DNA of 64,000 bases from Geosiphon pyriformis uo1 (taxonomy: Eukaryota; Fungi; Glomeromycota): contig JAAOMT010000175.1 in the NCBI GenBank assembly GCA_016748015.1, positions 40,056 to 104,055 on the forward strand. Direction: 5' to 3'. Below are positions 11,100 to 23,463 of the stretch, one piece after another. A model generated the notes under the pieces. It was not told where the DNA came from and did no database searches. It saw only the letters and a list, made by a program, of their open reading frames with translations. Made by a program: the position numbers and the translations under genes. Position 1 is the stretch's first letter; every line of letters begins with the position of its first letter.

Positions 11100-12656
11100 C
11101 ACCTACCAGTTTAAAGACTGGTAAACTGTGGCTTCAACTAGGAGATCCTCTCCAAAGAAATTGATGTTGGCATGATTGGGTCTTTGATTGGGGGCATTGT
11201 TGTTATTGATTCTGTTGTTTTGGTTGTCATTGTTTCTAGGAACTGGAGGAGACAAAGGAGGATTGTTGCAATCTCTGGAGAAATGTCCAGTTAATCCACA
11301 TTTATAATACACAGGAGGACCACGATTTTACTGTCTTTGGTAAGGGGATTGCTGAGGCTGATTAAAATGGTTTTCAAATCTGGGTTTTTGTGGTTGTTGG
11401 TTATCTCTAACTGCTTGGAGTAATAGTTCTAATAGCTGAGCAAGATTTGCTGTAAGTCTATCTATTAATTGTTCATTTGGATCTTGTATCTGGGCAGCAA
11501 AAGAAGTAGCAGCTATTTAAGGAGTAGGAGCCATAATAGGAGCAAGAGCAAAAACTGGAAATGTGGATCCCAAATGCATTCTTTGATTGTTTTCAATTTT
11601 TTGGGCAAGTTCAATGGCCATATCTATAGTGAGATTATTTTTTAAAGCCAAGAGAGGCCAAAGAGCATATGATAAATCAGTTTTCAATCCTTTTGTAAAG
11701 GAGTGGATCTTTTGCTCTTCAGTCCAGTTTCTACCAGAATCTACACACTTGATAAGTTTTCTGATTGCTTTGGCATATTTGGTCACAACTTCACCAGAAC
11801 CTTGGGTTCTTCTTTCTAATTCTATACGTCATTTAGATATTAAGATAGGAGTTCTGAATTTGTTTTCAAACTGGGTAGTGAAAGAGATGTTGTTTTCTCC
11901 AATATTTGCTGAGGTCTATCTAACAATTCTTTGTTAAGCACCAGCATTGGTTTCTTGTGAAAACCAGGTAGCAGGGGAGTCTTAGAGGTAGCCACCAACA
12001 ATTTGGAACTTGTATTCATTATCATACTGGTTTGCAGTAGTTGCTCTTTCAAAATCATTTAACCATTCAATTGGATCTTGTGTATCACCTCTAAATAGTG
12101 GTAGTGGGATATTGTTTCTTCTTCCTAGAGCAGTTTGTATATCTTGGAGGGTGGCCAGAATGTTTGCTTGCATGGGATTATTAACCATTGGTTCAGGGGT
12201 AATTGTTTGTGTAGATGAGTCTGATTTGTTTGATAAAAGGTCAAAAATAGGGGCAGTTTGGTAGCTTTCTTCTTCTGTTTCAAAGGAAGTTTCAGTTGCT
12301 TAATGGGCAGCAATCCAAATGTGGATTTGATGATTCAGATATTCAAAATCAGGGGGCTGTTGTTCAAAGGTTGCAAAATATAAGAGCTGATTAATACTGT
12401 TGTTTCTTTCTTCAAAGTTGTCTTCAAAATAAGCTTGGTCAAAGTAATAGGTTGTATAAGCTGTATAGGTTTCAGCTGAATGTTTGTTCAGAAACCAGTT
12501 CCAAAAGTCTTGGAATTGTCTGCTGGATTGTTTTTCAATAGGAAAGCAAATTAAGCAGGAGGGCAAAAGATTGAGTTCAATAAAGTCTAGATCGTTTTTG
12601 TTGTGTGCTTTAAAGTGTTCTTTTGATTGTTGTGGCAGGTATGAATAATCACCCAT
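11100..12656 (-). pseudogene. gag: gag of B with N-terminal extension and zinc knuckle
   Basis: LFRGDTQDPIEWLNDFE, KIHSFTKGL, YKCGLTGHFSRDC. Confidence 0.88.
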
Positions 12657-12685
12657 ACAATAGGAAACAAAGTGGATTTTGACAA

Positions 12686-12702
12686 CCTCACAAGAAGCAC
12701 CA
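12686..12702 (-). promoter_or_regulatory. PBS of B (TGGTGCTTCTTGTGAGG)
   Basis: 6 nt from the 5' LTR; its complement CCTCACAAGAAGCACCA resembles a tRNA 3' end (elongator Met or Ile-UAU type; not verified). Confidence 0.8.
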
Positions 12703-12708
12703 CTTTTA

Positions 12709-13364
12709 TGTTATGGGTTGGAGTAACAAGCTAACGGATAGCAAGGGAGAACAAGATTGTAGGGTAATGGAAATAATCAAAAGGGAATTCAACTTTAAAG
12801 AGCAAATTGAATGAGTATAGATTCAATGTGCAAGATCAGTCTTATAAAATATTTCAGTCACTATTCTTTTCAAAGGTAACTGGAAAATTTGAAGATAGAA
12901 GAATAGTCTGTACTGTCAACAATTAATCACCACTGATATAATTCTATGCCTTTACATCAGCACTCTTAGAATTCAATATCAGGTATCAACTTGTGCTTTT
13001 CAGTCATGTTTATTTAAATAGTCTTCAAATACTACAATTTATTTAAACAGAAAAAGGCCAACAAGTAATCTTTTATCCTAAGATGTTTAGATACTTGAAG
13101 GTAGAGAAAGGGAAATTAGCGATAAGAGAGTGATTGAAATAAAAGTTGTTATTTTTATTTATTTGATTCTTGTCTGAGAGATGATTTTCTACAGCTAAAA
13201 GACTTATCACTTATATATCTATTGAAAGTGGTCAATAATCAGGTCAACAATTAGGTTAATAATTAGGTCAATAATCACTATCTAAAAATAGAATGGCTAA
13301 TTATATGACATTAGTGGCTAATACATGTGATAACTAATAAAAACTATGGATTTTAACTGTAACA
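12709..13364 (-). repeat. 5' LTR of B
   Basis: Direct repeat of 5710-6365, same length. Confidence 0.95.
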
Positions 13365-13793
13365 GTAGCTCAGTTAGTATCAATGGGAAAAAGAGAAGAA
13401 TTAGGGATAACGGCTAAAGGAATACAAGGATTCGGATCCATGAATAGAATAGACGTACCAGTTAATATGGCAGAAAAAAAAATTATTGGCCAAGGAGAAA
13501 TTATCTCAACTGGTCAAGTAATTTTCATTCCACCATATGACCAGTACATAGTAGTTATAGAAAGAAAAGTGAAAGATAAGGATCAAATTTTTGAAGCAGA
13601 AACAAGCCTTTGTGAATCAGAAGAGATTAGACTTATCAATTTCTACATACCAGCCAAAAGCCACAACCATATTAAAATTCCCATTTACAACACAACAGGA
13701 AATGCCATCACAATACCAGAAGGAACCATCATTGGATACATGAACACTGAATTAGAAAATCAACCACCAAGCATTATTCCAGATTTTCCATAA
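13365..13793 (+). pseudogene. dUTPase motif 5 of A followed by a second dUTPase-like beta-rich domain
   Basis: TAKGIQGFGS, then KIPIYNTTGNAITIPEGTIIGY. Confidence 0.75.
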
Positions 13794-13879
13794 CTATGTG
13801 GATATGTGAATATCACATCACAAACAATTTACAGACGAAATAAATATTATTTGCTCCAATCAGAACAATTAGAACAAAT

Positions 13880-15278
13880 GAACATGGGAAATTTGGATTC
13901 ACTTCAATGTATACAACTTAAGATGTTACTCAACAACTTCAACGACATCTTCACTAGTGAAAACAAATTTGGCAGGACTGACATTATTCAACATCAAATT
14001 AAGACTAGAGATACTATGCCAATTAAACAATGAGCATACAGAGTACCACCAGCCAGCCATGAAATTATCTGTCAAAAGATCAACCAAATACTTGACAATG
14101 GACTAATTCAGCTATTTATAAGCCCATAGTCATCACCAGTGGTACTCGTCTAGAAGAAGAATGGAAAGATCAGATTTTGTGTGGACTACAAAAAATTCAA
14201 TGAAGTCACTCGTGGAGACAGCTATTCAACTCCATGAATCCAGGAGCTATTCAATGCTTTTGGAGGAAATAAATGGTTCTCAACACTAGATCTAGACAGT
14301 AGATACTGGCAGGTAGTCATGGATTCAGCAGACAAAAAAAAAATGGCTTTTATGACAAGAGAAGAGAATTTTGAGTTTGAAGTCATGTTATTCGGCTTGA
14401 TAAATGCTCCAGCCATATTTCAATGGTTAATGGAAATAGTATATACTGGCTTATTGTGGAAATCAGTAGTAGTCTATTTAGACAACACCAATGTATTCTC
14501 AAAAACATTTGAGGACCATTTATATTATCTCCAACAAGTGTTTGAAAGATTAAAAAGAGCTGGATTAAAATTGAATACAACAAAGTGGTTTTTTGGCAAA
14601 ACAGAACTCAAGTTCTTGGGACATATAGTAAGCAAAGACAGTATCAAGACAGATTCGAATAAGATAGAGATAGTAAAAAAATTTCCAGTATCAACCAACA
14701 TGACCAAGTTAAAATTATTCTTGGGATTGGCAGGCTATTATTGCCACTTCATCAAAGACTTCTCTAAGATAACTCAGCCACTTAATCATCTCTAAACCAA
14801 GAATGTAAAATACGAATGGACTGAAACCCAGCAAAAAGCATTTGACATCTTAAGAAGAAAGCTTATTCAAGCTCCAGTGTTGATCTATCTAGATCACAGT
14901 AAACTATTCATTATTATTACTGATGCATCAGATCAAGCATTAGAAGCAGTACTATCACAGAAAGGATCAGATGGAAGAGAACATCCAGTTGCATATGCCA
15001 GCCGAGATTTAACACCAGCCAAAAAGAACTATAGAACACCAGAATTAGAACACTTAACAATTTATTGGGCAGTCATGAAATGGAAAAAATATTTAAGCCA
15101 AAAGTTTGAGGTGTACACAGATCACAAAGAACTGACATCACTCCAAAAACAAGAATTTGGAGATGACAGACAATCAAGATAGAAAATGGCACTCTCGCCA
15201 TATACTTATATCATACATTATAAAAAGGAAAAAGACAACAGAAATGCTGACGGTTTGTCATGAATAAGACAAATCTAA
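13880..15278 (+). pseudogene. pol: Reverse transcriptase and RNase H of A
   Basis: RFCVDY, FSTLDL, FGLINAPAIFQ, VYLDN, FLGLAGYY, TDASD, HPVAYAS, YTDH, NADGLS; stop at 15276-15278. Confidence 0.95.
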
Positions 15279-15347
15279 GAATGTTTCAACCCAAAAAAAA
15301 AAAAATATAACAAAACCAAACCAAACTCAATGAAAATATAACAAAAA

Positions 15348-16724
15348 ATGAACACCCAAAAATACCAACAACTCAAATATTATATAGATACTCGACAGTT
15401 TAAGGAGAAATTATCTCAATCGGAACAAAATAGTATCAAACAACAATCAAAATACTTTATTACACACCAAAACATACTTTATCGGAAGAATAGAAAAGAC
15501 CCAGATCAACCAACCAGAGTAGTTACAGAGCCAGAAAAAGAGACAGTACTATTTAACATGCACTCAGATCTAACAGCAGGACATTTTTATAAAGAAGTAA
15601 CTATGGAAAGAACTAGAAAAAAATACTACTGGCCATCAATATATTTAGACATTATCCAATATGTTCAAAATTGTGATGCTTGTCAAAAAAGAGGAGGAAG
15701 CAGACCCTGTGAACCACTGAAACCAATCAAAATAGGACAACCATTCAATCACATCAAAATTGACTTAGTTAGACTATTAACAATTACCAGCAGAAAGAAC
15801 AGATACATTGCAGTAGCCATAGACTATCTCACTAAATGGCCAGAAGCAAAAGCAATTCAAAGAGTGGATGCAGAATCCGTTGCCAAATTCGTCCATCAAG
15901 ATCTGATTTGTTGACACAGATGTCCAAAAGAATTATTATCAGACCAAAGAACTCACTTTGTAAACAGAACACTAGCAGAATTGAGCCAAAGATTCGGAAT
16001 TAAAAGACCACTATCATCACCATATTATCCACAAACAAATGGTTTAGTTGAAAGATTTAATAGAACATTGTGTAAAGCAGTTGCTAAACTCAGCCAAGAA
16101 AACCAAGATGAATGGGATTTGTTCATACCATCAGTACTATTTGCTTATCGGACAATAAAGCAAAATACTACACAAGCAACACCATTTAAATTAGTATATA
16201 ATAGAACAGCAACAATACCAGTTGAGATAGAAGTTAACACATATCCAACTGAATCAATAACAGAAAAAAATTTCCAGAAAATACTGTTGAGAAGAACATA
16301 TGACTTAATAGAAATATTGGAAAACAAACAAAGAAGAGCAGCTGATAATATTCAAAAGTCACAAGAAAAACAGAAAGAAAGACATGATAGTCAACTACCA
16401 GACAAACCAGTGGAGTTCAAGATTGGAGACAAAGTACTCTTACATCATACCAAAATGGAAAAACAATAGAGTGGAAAATTTGACCCCAAATGGAATGGAC
16501 CATTTCACATAGAAGAAATTCTTGAAAATGGAGCTTATAAATTAAGATGGGACAACAAAATCTTAGCCAAAGCAGCACATGGTGATCAACTGAAACCATA
16601 TCACCATACAGTGTCACTATTCACCAATAACATTCCACAATTAGGAGTACAATAAATACTAGTTCAACCAGATGAGATTCCACAAGATCTAAAACCAATC
16701 ATAATCATTGGACCAAACATGTAA
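15348..16724 (+). pseudogene. Integrase of A (stand-alone ORF, no chromodomain)
   Basis: ATG at 15348; HSDLTAGHF...CDAC; IDLV, DYLTKWPEA, SDQ, PQTNGLVE; KWNGPF. Confidence 0.93.
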
Positions 16725-16765
16725 AATCAAAGACACAGTATATGCAATAAAGACAACTAAGAAAA

Positions 16766-17401
16766 ATGGAAATACCAGATCATATTCACACCATAGTTCA
16801 ACAATTATTCCAGGCCTTAAATCAACAATCTTTAGACATGGAAGTTATTGTTAACAACCAAACAATTTGCTATCAAAACACCAAAAGAAAGATAAAGAAT
16901 ACACCATATTAGTGAGTACCAAAGAATAATAAAAACTGGTCAGACAACATAATAGAAAAAGTAAAAAACACTTTTGGGAAAATACTTATTATAGCACCAA
17001 CAGAAAAACTTACAAAAGAGAATTGGAAGCAATGGACAGAACAACTTCCAATATCATATTGCTACTATTAGCTAGGTCGAAAGTTGAATATTTAGAAGTT
17101 GTATATCAACAAATTCAAGAGAGTATTTAACCAAAACATAATACAGCAAATTAAAAATTTTATTGGGAAAAAAACAAACTCAACACTACATGTGAGAACA
17201 ATTTATTGACTGCACAACATATTTCAGAATTATTCAGAAATACTGTTACACTCAGACATGGAAACCATAACTATTAACCAATGGGGAAGAATGAACAATA
17301 CACAAGTAGAAAATGTGAAGAACAGAGTCGAACAAACAATACTTGAAAAAAAAGTATTAGAATTAATTCAAAATGAAGATTTCAACAGAGCTCAATATTA
17401 A
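16766..17401 (+). pseudogene. ORF3 of A (unknown function)
   Basis: Manual translation MEIPDHIHTIVQQLFQAL...YCYY*LGRKL...VRTIY*LHNIF...ITINQWGRMNNTQ...FNRAQY*; homologous to ORF3 of D and E. Confidence 0.7.
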
Positions 17402-17414
17402 AAGGAAGAGATAA
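17399..17414 (+). promoter_or_regulatory. Polypurine tract of A
   Basis: AAAAGGAAGAGATAA abutting the 3' LTR. Confidence 0.85.
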
Positions 17415-18162
17415 TATTACTCATAAAAAGAAAACAGATATAGCAGACCAATAAGAGAATAGTATTTAGCATATGAGCATATTGTTCAGCAATGTAAAGC
17501 AATGTCAGAAATCATGGCACATTGATCAAAAAATCATAGCACATCACTTGGAAATGGGAGTGATCTCATAGAACATCAATTATGTATATATAGCAGTAGC
17601 ATTAGAAGTAGAAAAAGCAGAATTCTGTAGTTAAAAATCTTCTATTTTCACAAATATTGAATAAATAAATTATTTACCATCCAAATTCACTCTTCACTAT
17701 CAACACTCCATGTTGATAGCAATTAATACTTAACCATACTAAAACAATAGCTCTTGATCATGGCTATTGACAGATACTAACTTGTGTATTGCCTTGGCTT
17801 ATTTCTTGATTTTATTTTCTTGATTTTTTTATTACTAACTCTTTTGAGAATTAACATGTGGGGTATTGATGTCAGGATATAGCACTGGTAAAAGACCCAG
17901 GAATAAGGGTAGGACACTCAATTGAGGATAGCTTACCAGCAAGAATACCGGCCATCAAGCTAAGAAAGAAATTGATGAAACTATGGTTTTAGGAAGCTAT
18001 GGATAAAACCATTGCAATTGAATCTCTGTTCATTATACAAAAGACTCAACCAAAATCTTCAGATAACAATACCTTCAGATATTTCCAACAACATTATATC
18101 AATTGAGCACCAAGTTATGGGTTTGTTATTTGATTTGAGACCCCAAATAATCATTTGTAACA
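17415..18162 (+). repeat. 3' LTR of A (748 bp; initial TG mutated to TA)
   Basis: Repeat of 483-1329 with fewer U3 repeat units. Confidence 0.95.
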
Positions 18163-18268
18163 GCGTTTTTGAAAAAAAAGTTTTTTTATTTTTGTTAGTT
18201 TACATATTAACATTTTTTTACCTAATAATTTTTTTATTATAGAGTTGGAGACTGCTTTGAGTGACAAC

Positions 18269-20100
18269 ATGTTTAAAAAAAAGCTCTTAAAAGTGCTTTC
18301 TATAGTCCTACTAGTGATTTTTTTTCACAAAAGAAAAAGATTGTTCTTAGAAATATTAAACACTCTGGTAATAAGAAGGATGTATTTTTAATTAAATCTG
18401 GGCCTGGTAATAATGTGTATTCTGATATGAATAGTTTGTTTAGTAATAATGAAAGAGTTGGCATGTCTGATATTTATGATGGGTCTCCTCTGGACTTAAC
18501 TGTTACTACTCCCAAAATAAAACATGTTAACACTAGTGCTGGTTTTGGTTCCCTATTTGGTTTTTCCAACTTTGATATAGATGATAATGAGGAGGTTTCT
18601 TTTCCTCTCCATCTTCCAATTTCTTTAGATAAGAAATGGATTGACTCTAAAATTGTTAAAACTTAATTGGAAGTTGCTATTAAAAAGTCATTTGCTTTGA
18701 ACATTAATTTTTTGGTGGTGGAGAGCAAATCAGTAATGACAAAAACACAAGTGATCAGAAAAATTTTTTCACTTGTTAATAGTTTTAGAAGAGCCACTAC
18801 TCCCTCAAAATTTGAAGAGATTATCCAATCTACATTTACCTCAGAAAAAAGCATGGAAAGAGTCATATCATTGGCCAAAGAGAAAAGAATTGTCATAAAC
18901 AATGATCTCAAAAGACAAAGAATTCATTCAGATTAGGCTGTAGTAATTAAAAAAATTCTCATAGATACATCAAAAAAAATGATTGTTGCCACTCTGTCTG
19001 AGTTTGGTCAAGTGGTGTCAATTCAATTACAACTAATTAGGCTGTGGTAGAATTTACCAAATCAAGTCAAGCTGATCTGTTGATTGTAAGATAGTTATTT
19101 TTAATCAAGAAAGATTCTGTGCATATAACTAAAGCCATAAAAAATTGTGATATATAGGCATTAAAAAATTGTTTTAAGGCATTTCTGTTTACTTTGCCAA
19201 TAAAAACAACAGCTCATAATTTGGGCACTTTATTAAAAAGTGTTAGTGAGAAAACTTATATTATTAATCAATTATTTAAATCTGGTAATAAGGTCTGCTG
19301 TGCTGTGGTTGGCTTTGAATCTAAAAAAAAATTTAACTCTGCTTTTTGCACAAAACCAATCCTTGATGGAGTTAAACTTTTTTGGGCTAAATTTGATTTG
19401 GTTTATTGTAAAAAGTGTGAGTATTTTAGACATTCTGTTTTTGAGTGTAATGTGTCAAAGGCATCAGTTCTGTTTTTCTCAAAACCTTATAAAAAATTTG
19501 TCTTAGAGAAGCACTGCTTTCAGCTTACTAAGTTGTATGCAAAAAAAAGTGTTTCAATTTCTCATCCAGTTGCCTTTGGTAACAAATCTTGGATGCAAAT
19601 GGCCTCACTTGTTCCTTTTTCTTCTGGTGGTTTTTGTTTCAGTTCTGGTTTTGGCTTCTCTCTTTCAGGTGTCTTAGGTAACAAAGTTTACACAATGGTT
19701 GTTTAAAGTGGTTTTTCAATTAATGATTGTTTGGTATCTTTGAAGCAGTCTTTAAAGTTTTTGGCTAATCAAGTTTTGGGTATTATAAAAAAGTTGAACA
19801 TAGTCAATTTAATGCCTCTGGTGCCTGTTTTCTGATTTTCTTCTTTTACTGTAACTGTTTTTAGGTTTGAATTCAAAATTGAATATAATATTAGATGCTG
19901 TGCCAAGACCTCTTGTGACTTTTTTTCAGCTGTATTAAAACCAAATTCTGCTTTAGACTTGAGCAGTTTGAAGATTTTAATCACTAAAGTGGGCTGTTTA
20001 GAGTCAAAATTGGTGGCTCTTAAGGCTTCTATTAGTTCTGTTTTGATAAAGTTGGATTGTTTGTGTGCTGGTTTGGGTTTTTTGGTAAAATTTTCATTTT
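18269..20100 (+). pseudogene. LINE ORF1 (zinc knuckle-containing)
   Basis: KSFALNI, ATTPSKFEEIIQSTFTSE, QLIRLW, CKKCEYFRHSVFEC (CCHC). Confidence 0.75.
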
Positions 20101-20101
20101 T

Positions 20102-23100
20102 ATAAGTAATTTAATTTGAAAAATTGCTATGTGTAATGTTCATGGCATCAACATTCTAGCCAAGCAAAAAGAAGTTGTACATTGACATATAGACTCAGAT
20201 AACATAATATTAATTATTACTGAAACAAAGTTAAGATCTAGTATTAAGTCATGGATTATAAACAAATTTAATGAGATCAAGATTTTTACATCTGGTTTGG
20301 ATAAAAATTTTCTTGGTACTGAGATGGCTATCATTGTAAACAATTTTTTGGCTTGGCATATGTATAAAGTAGATGAAATTTCTGATAGAATTATTTTAAT
20401 TAAGCTGTTGTTTAAGAGAAAGTTGTTAGTCATGGTTTTAGATTTATATACTGGTGTTTCTGTCAAAACAAGATTTGGTCAGACATTGGTTATTAATTTC
20501 TTCATTGTCAAAGCAGTTAACTTCAGTACTTTTGTGATATTGGGTGAAGATTTCAATAAAGATAGATCAAAAAAGAGTGCAAGTTTCAATTTTTGTGTAG
20601 ATCTAGAGTTGGCTAATTTGTTTCTTGAATATTTTTTGGTTAAAGCTTCTACTTGGAGCAATTTCAGAAGTGTTAAGAAAGTCATTGATTTTATTTTTGT
20701 AAGCCAAAATTTGACATTTATTATCACTGGTCACAAGATTGATTCTGTGTTTGAGTTTTTTAACATTGATTACAAAGTAGTTTTAATTACAATTGGTCTA
20801 AATGACTTTTTAGATGTTCAACTTAACAATATATGCAAATAGACTAATATAAATAGGTGAAAATTCAGAATTAAGGATACTAATATCAATAAATAAATGA
20901 GTTTTTAGAAGTGTTTATTGGGTTTGTTTCTGAAAAGATTGGTGGATTTCAATAGTGCTAAAAATAGTAGCAACTTAGATTTGATATAGAAGATTCTTAA
21001 GGAAATGGTGATATGCTTTGCTAATAAAGTGTTCTCCAAACTATGGTTTTTTAAGTTTGACAGTTTGAAAAATATGCAGTCTTCAAAGTTTTTCAAGCTA
21101 GAATTATTAGTGATCAAACTTGTAAGATGTATCAGTTCAAATTAGTTTTTGAGAATTGGCTGTCTTATTAATGCTTGGGTTATCATTAATGAAGAAGAAG
21201 CTGTCAAAGTCCATGCTATAATTAATGCTGGTGTTGGTTCTGAAGAATTTTTGCATCATTTGTTATGTGTTAAGAAAAAATATTACAAATCAAAATACTA
21301 TAAATCCAAATCTGTTAGAGATGATTTCATTAGAAGATTTATAGACAAATATATAGAAAATTTTTGTTTTGATAAGAGTAAAATAATCAAAAGTGTCTTA
21401 AATTGACTATTTCAGAAAGTAGTTCTTAATCACTTGATGGTTGATGATAAACTGGTTCTAGAGTTATAGATAGTCAAATTTTTAATTAATGCTATTATGG
21501 AAGAATAAATAAGGAAGTATACAGTGCCAGAAATTCTGTCTAGTTATTGGCTTAATTAATATGCTTCTCTAAGTCACATTAATAACAAAGCTTTTTTGAA
21601 TGTTATATGTAAGATCAAGGTTGATAAGTTTTTGCAGGTTATTAAGGATTTGCTTAATAAAAAAGCTGCTGGCCTATTTGGTATTCTGAATAAGCTCTGA
21701 AAAAATGGTAATAAATGAGTTTTGGATGGTTTGTTGGATATTTTAAATAGATGCTTGATGTTAGATACTGTTCTTAAGCAATAAAAGAAGACCTGAGTTT
21801 TTATAATACTAAAGTCTTATAATTAGAAGAAAATTCTAACAAACACCAGACTAATAGTCTTGATTAAAACAGTCTGTAAAATTTTGTTTAAAATTTTTTC
21901 AAATAAGATCTCCTTTGTTTGTAGCAGATTTGATATTTTATGTGGTAATAACTTTTTAGTATTAAAAAACATGTCTATTCAATTTCTTATTTTTACTGTT
22001 AGCTTTGTTGTTAAGAATGTATTGAAGAAGAACCATGAACTATGGCTGGTTCTACAGAATATGTACAAGACATATAATTAAGTTGGTTGGTTTCATTTAA
22101 GAAACAGTTTAGTTAGAATCAAAATGTGTTCCTGTTTTATTAAGTTTTTTGAGACTATACACAATAAAAGATTCAATTATGTAATAATAAATTTTGGGCT
22201 AATTGATAGATATACTGTTTATAATGGCCTAGATTAGAGTAAAGTTTTCTCATCTTTGTTGTGGAGAATCTTTTATGATTCACTACTTTGTGAAGTTAAG
22301 AGACATAAAAGTTTATATGAATATAGATTGAATTCTAAGTTTTTCATACATATTGGCAGACAAGATCAAAAAGATGGCCTGATCTTTTTTTTTGCAGCTG
22401 GAACTTTTATGAATAATACTATTTGGGTTGAAAATAGCATGTCTGTCACTCAGCATATTTTAGACTTAGCTAATGAGTTTTTTCACATAAATGATATTTC
22501 AATCAATATAAATAAAACAGTAACCATATCTATTAATTAGAGAGTAGAAATTCCTCAGTTGTTAATAAGTGAGTCTTACATCTTAATTGTCAAAAAAGGC
22601 AAATTTTATAGATAGTTGGACATCTTTTTGTCTACTAATGGTCTTTTAAGATTCAGTTTTGCTAAAGCTCAGTCTAATATTAGGTTTTTTGTAAATTTGG
22701 TTTTAAAAAAAACAGTGTTTGACAAACAATTTTTATATTTGATATCTGCTGTTTTACAGTCAATAATTGATTACAGATTACAATTTAGTTATGTATCTTT
22801 AAATATGTGTAAAAAGTGAAACAAGTTACTAAGAAAAAGACTGAAGCTAAAAGCCAATTTGCCCAAAAATTTTTCCAATGAAGCCATTTTTCATCTTGAA
22901 TTGTATGGTCTTAAAACTTTCAGATAGGTGTTGGTTAAAAACTTTTTGGCAAATTTGGTGAATTTTGTAAATTCAAAAGGCATTCTTAGTAGATTATTCG
23001 AACATAAGGCCATGGATCTGCAGACCATCAGTTAGATACTCTGACAATCTCTTAGTTTCCCAATTATATTGTCAATCAATTTCATAAACTGTTTTCTAGC

Positions 23101-23463
23101 TGGTGTGACTAACACTCTGATATTATGTAGGCTCTTATTGAACATTAATTTGTTGAATGTTTTTTGAGCTAGAAATGACATTGTTGTTGCTAATGTATTG
23201 GGTTTGAAGTGCTATTTGGGTGCTATAGGTGCTTTGAGAAAATTTGGTATTATTTTTACAAACCAGCTCTTAGATTATTAGAGTGCATGTTTTACATAGA
23301 GTAATTTTTGCAGATAGAAAAAATTGGATCTCAAAAGACTGGTTCTGGTTGGTTTAGTCTAATAATTAAGTTTATTAGAGATGGCAGTTTGACTAATGAA
23401 AACTTTTTTGCTTTTCATCTTATTTCTGATTGTTGTTTAAATAGTTTTGACTATGTTAGTAAC
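20102..23463 (+). pseudogene. LINE ORF2: APE endonuclease and reverse transcriptase
   Basis: CNVHGIN, TETKL, LGEDFN, IDFIFVS; NTRLIVL, LVLQNMYKTY, LWRIFYD, FMNNT (decayed F.DDT). Confidence 0.85.

Larger units (their letters stand above)
5710..13364 (-). mobile_element. Ty3/Gypsy LTR retrotransposon B (no dUTPase) nested in the dUTPase of A
   Basis: 656-bp LTR pair; TSD ATAG/GTAG; removing it restores LVRI-AQLVSMG...GFGS of the A dUTPase. Confidence 0.96.
483..18162 (+). mobile_element. Ty3/Gypsy LTR retrotransposon A (dUTPase-bearing, decayed, full length), interrupted by element B
   Basis: Paired LTRs 483-1329 and 17415-18162; PBS at 1330; PPT at about 17399; domain order gag-PR-dUT-RT-RH-IN; 4-bp flanks GCAT (479-482) and GCGT (18163-18166), consistent with a TSD carrying one CpG transition. 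Confidence 0.95.

Noticed and set aside
16500-16724. Integrase chromodomain
   Set aside because: The tail after GPF is short and lacks chromodomain aromatic motifs (Y.VKW).
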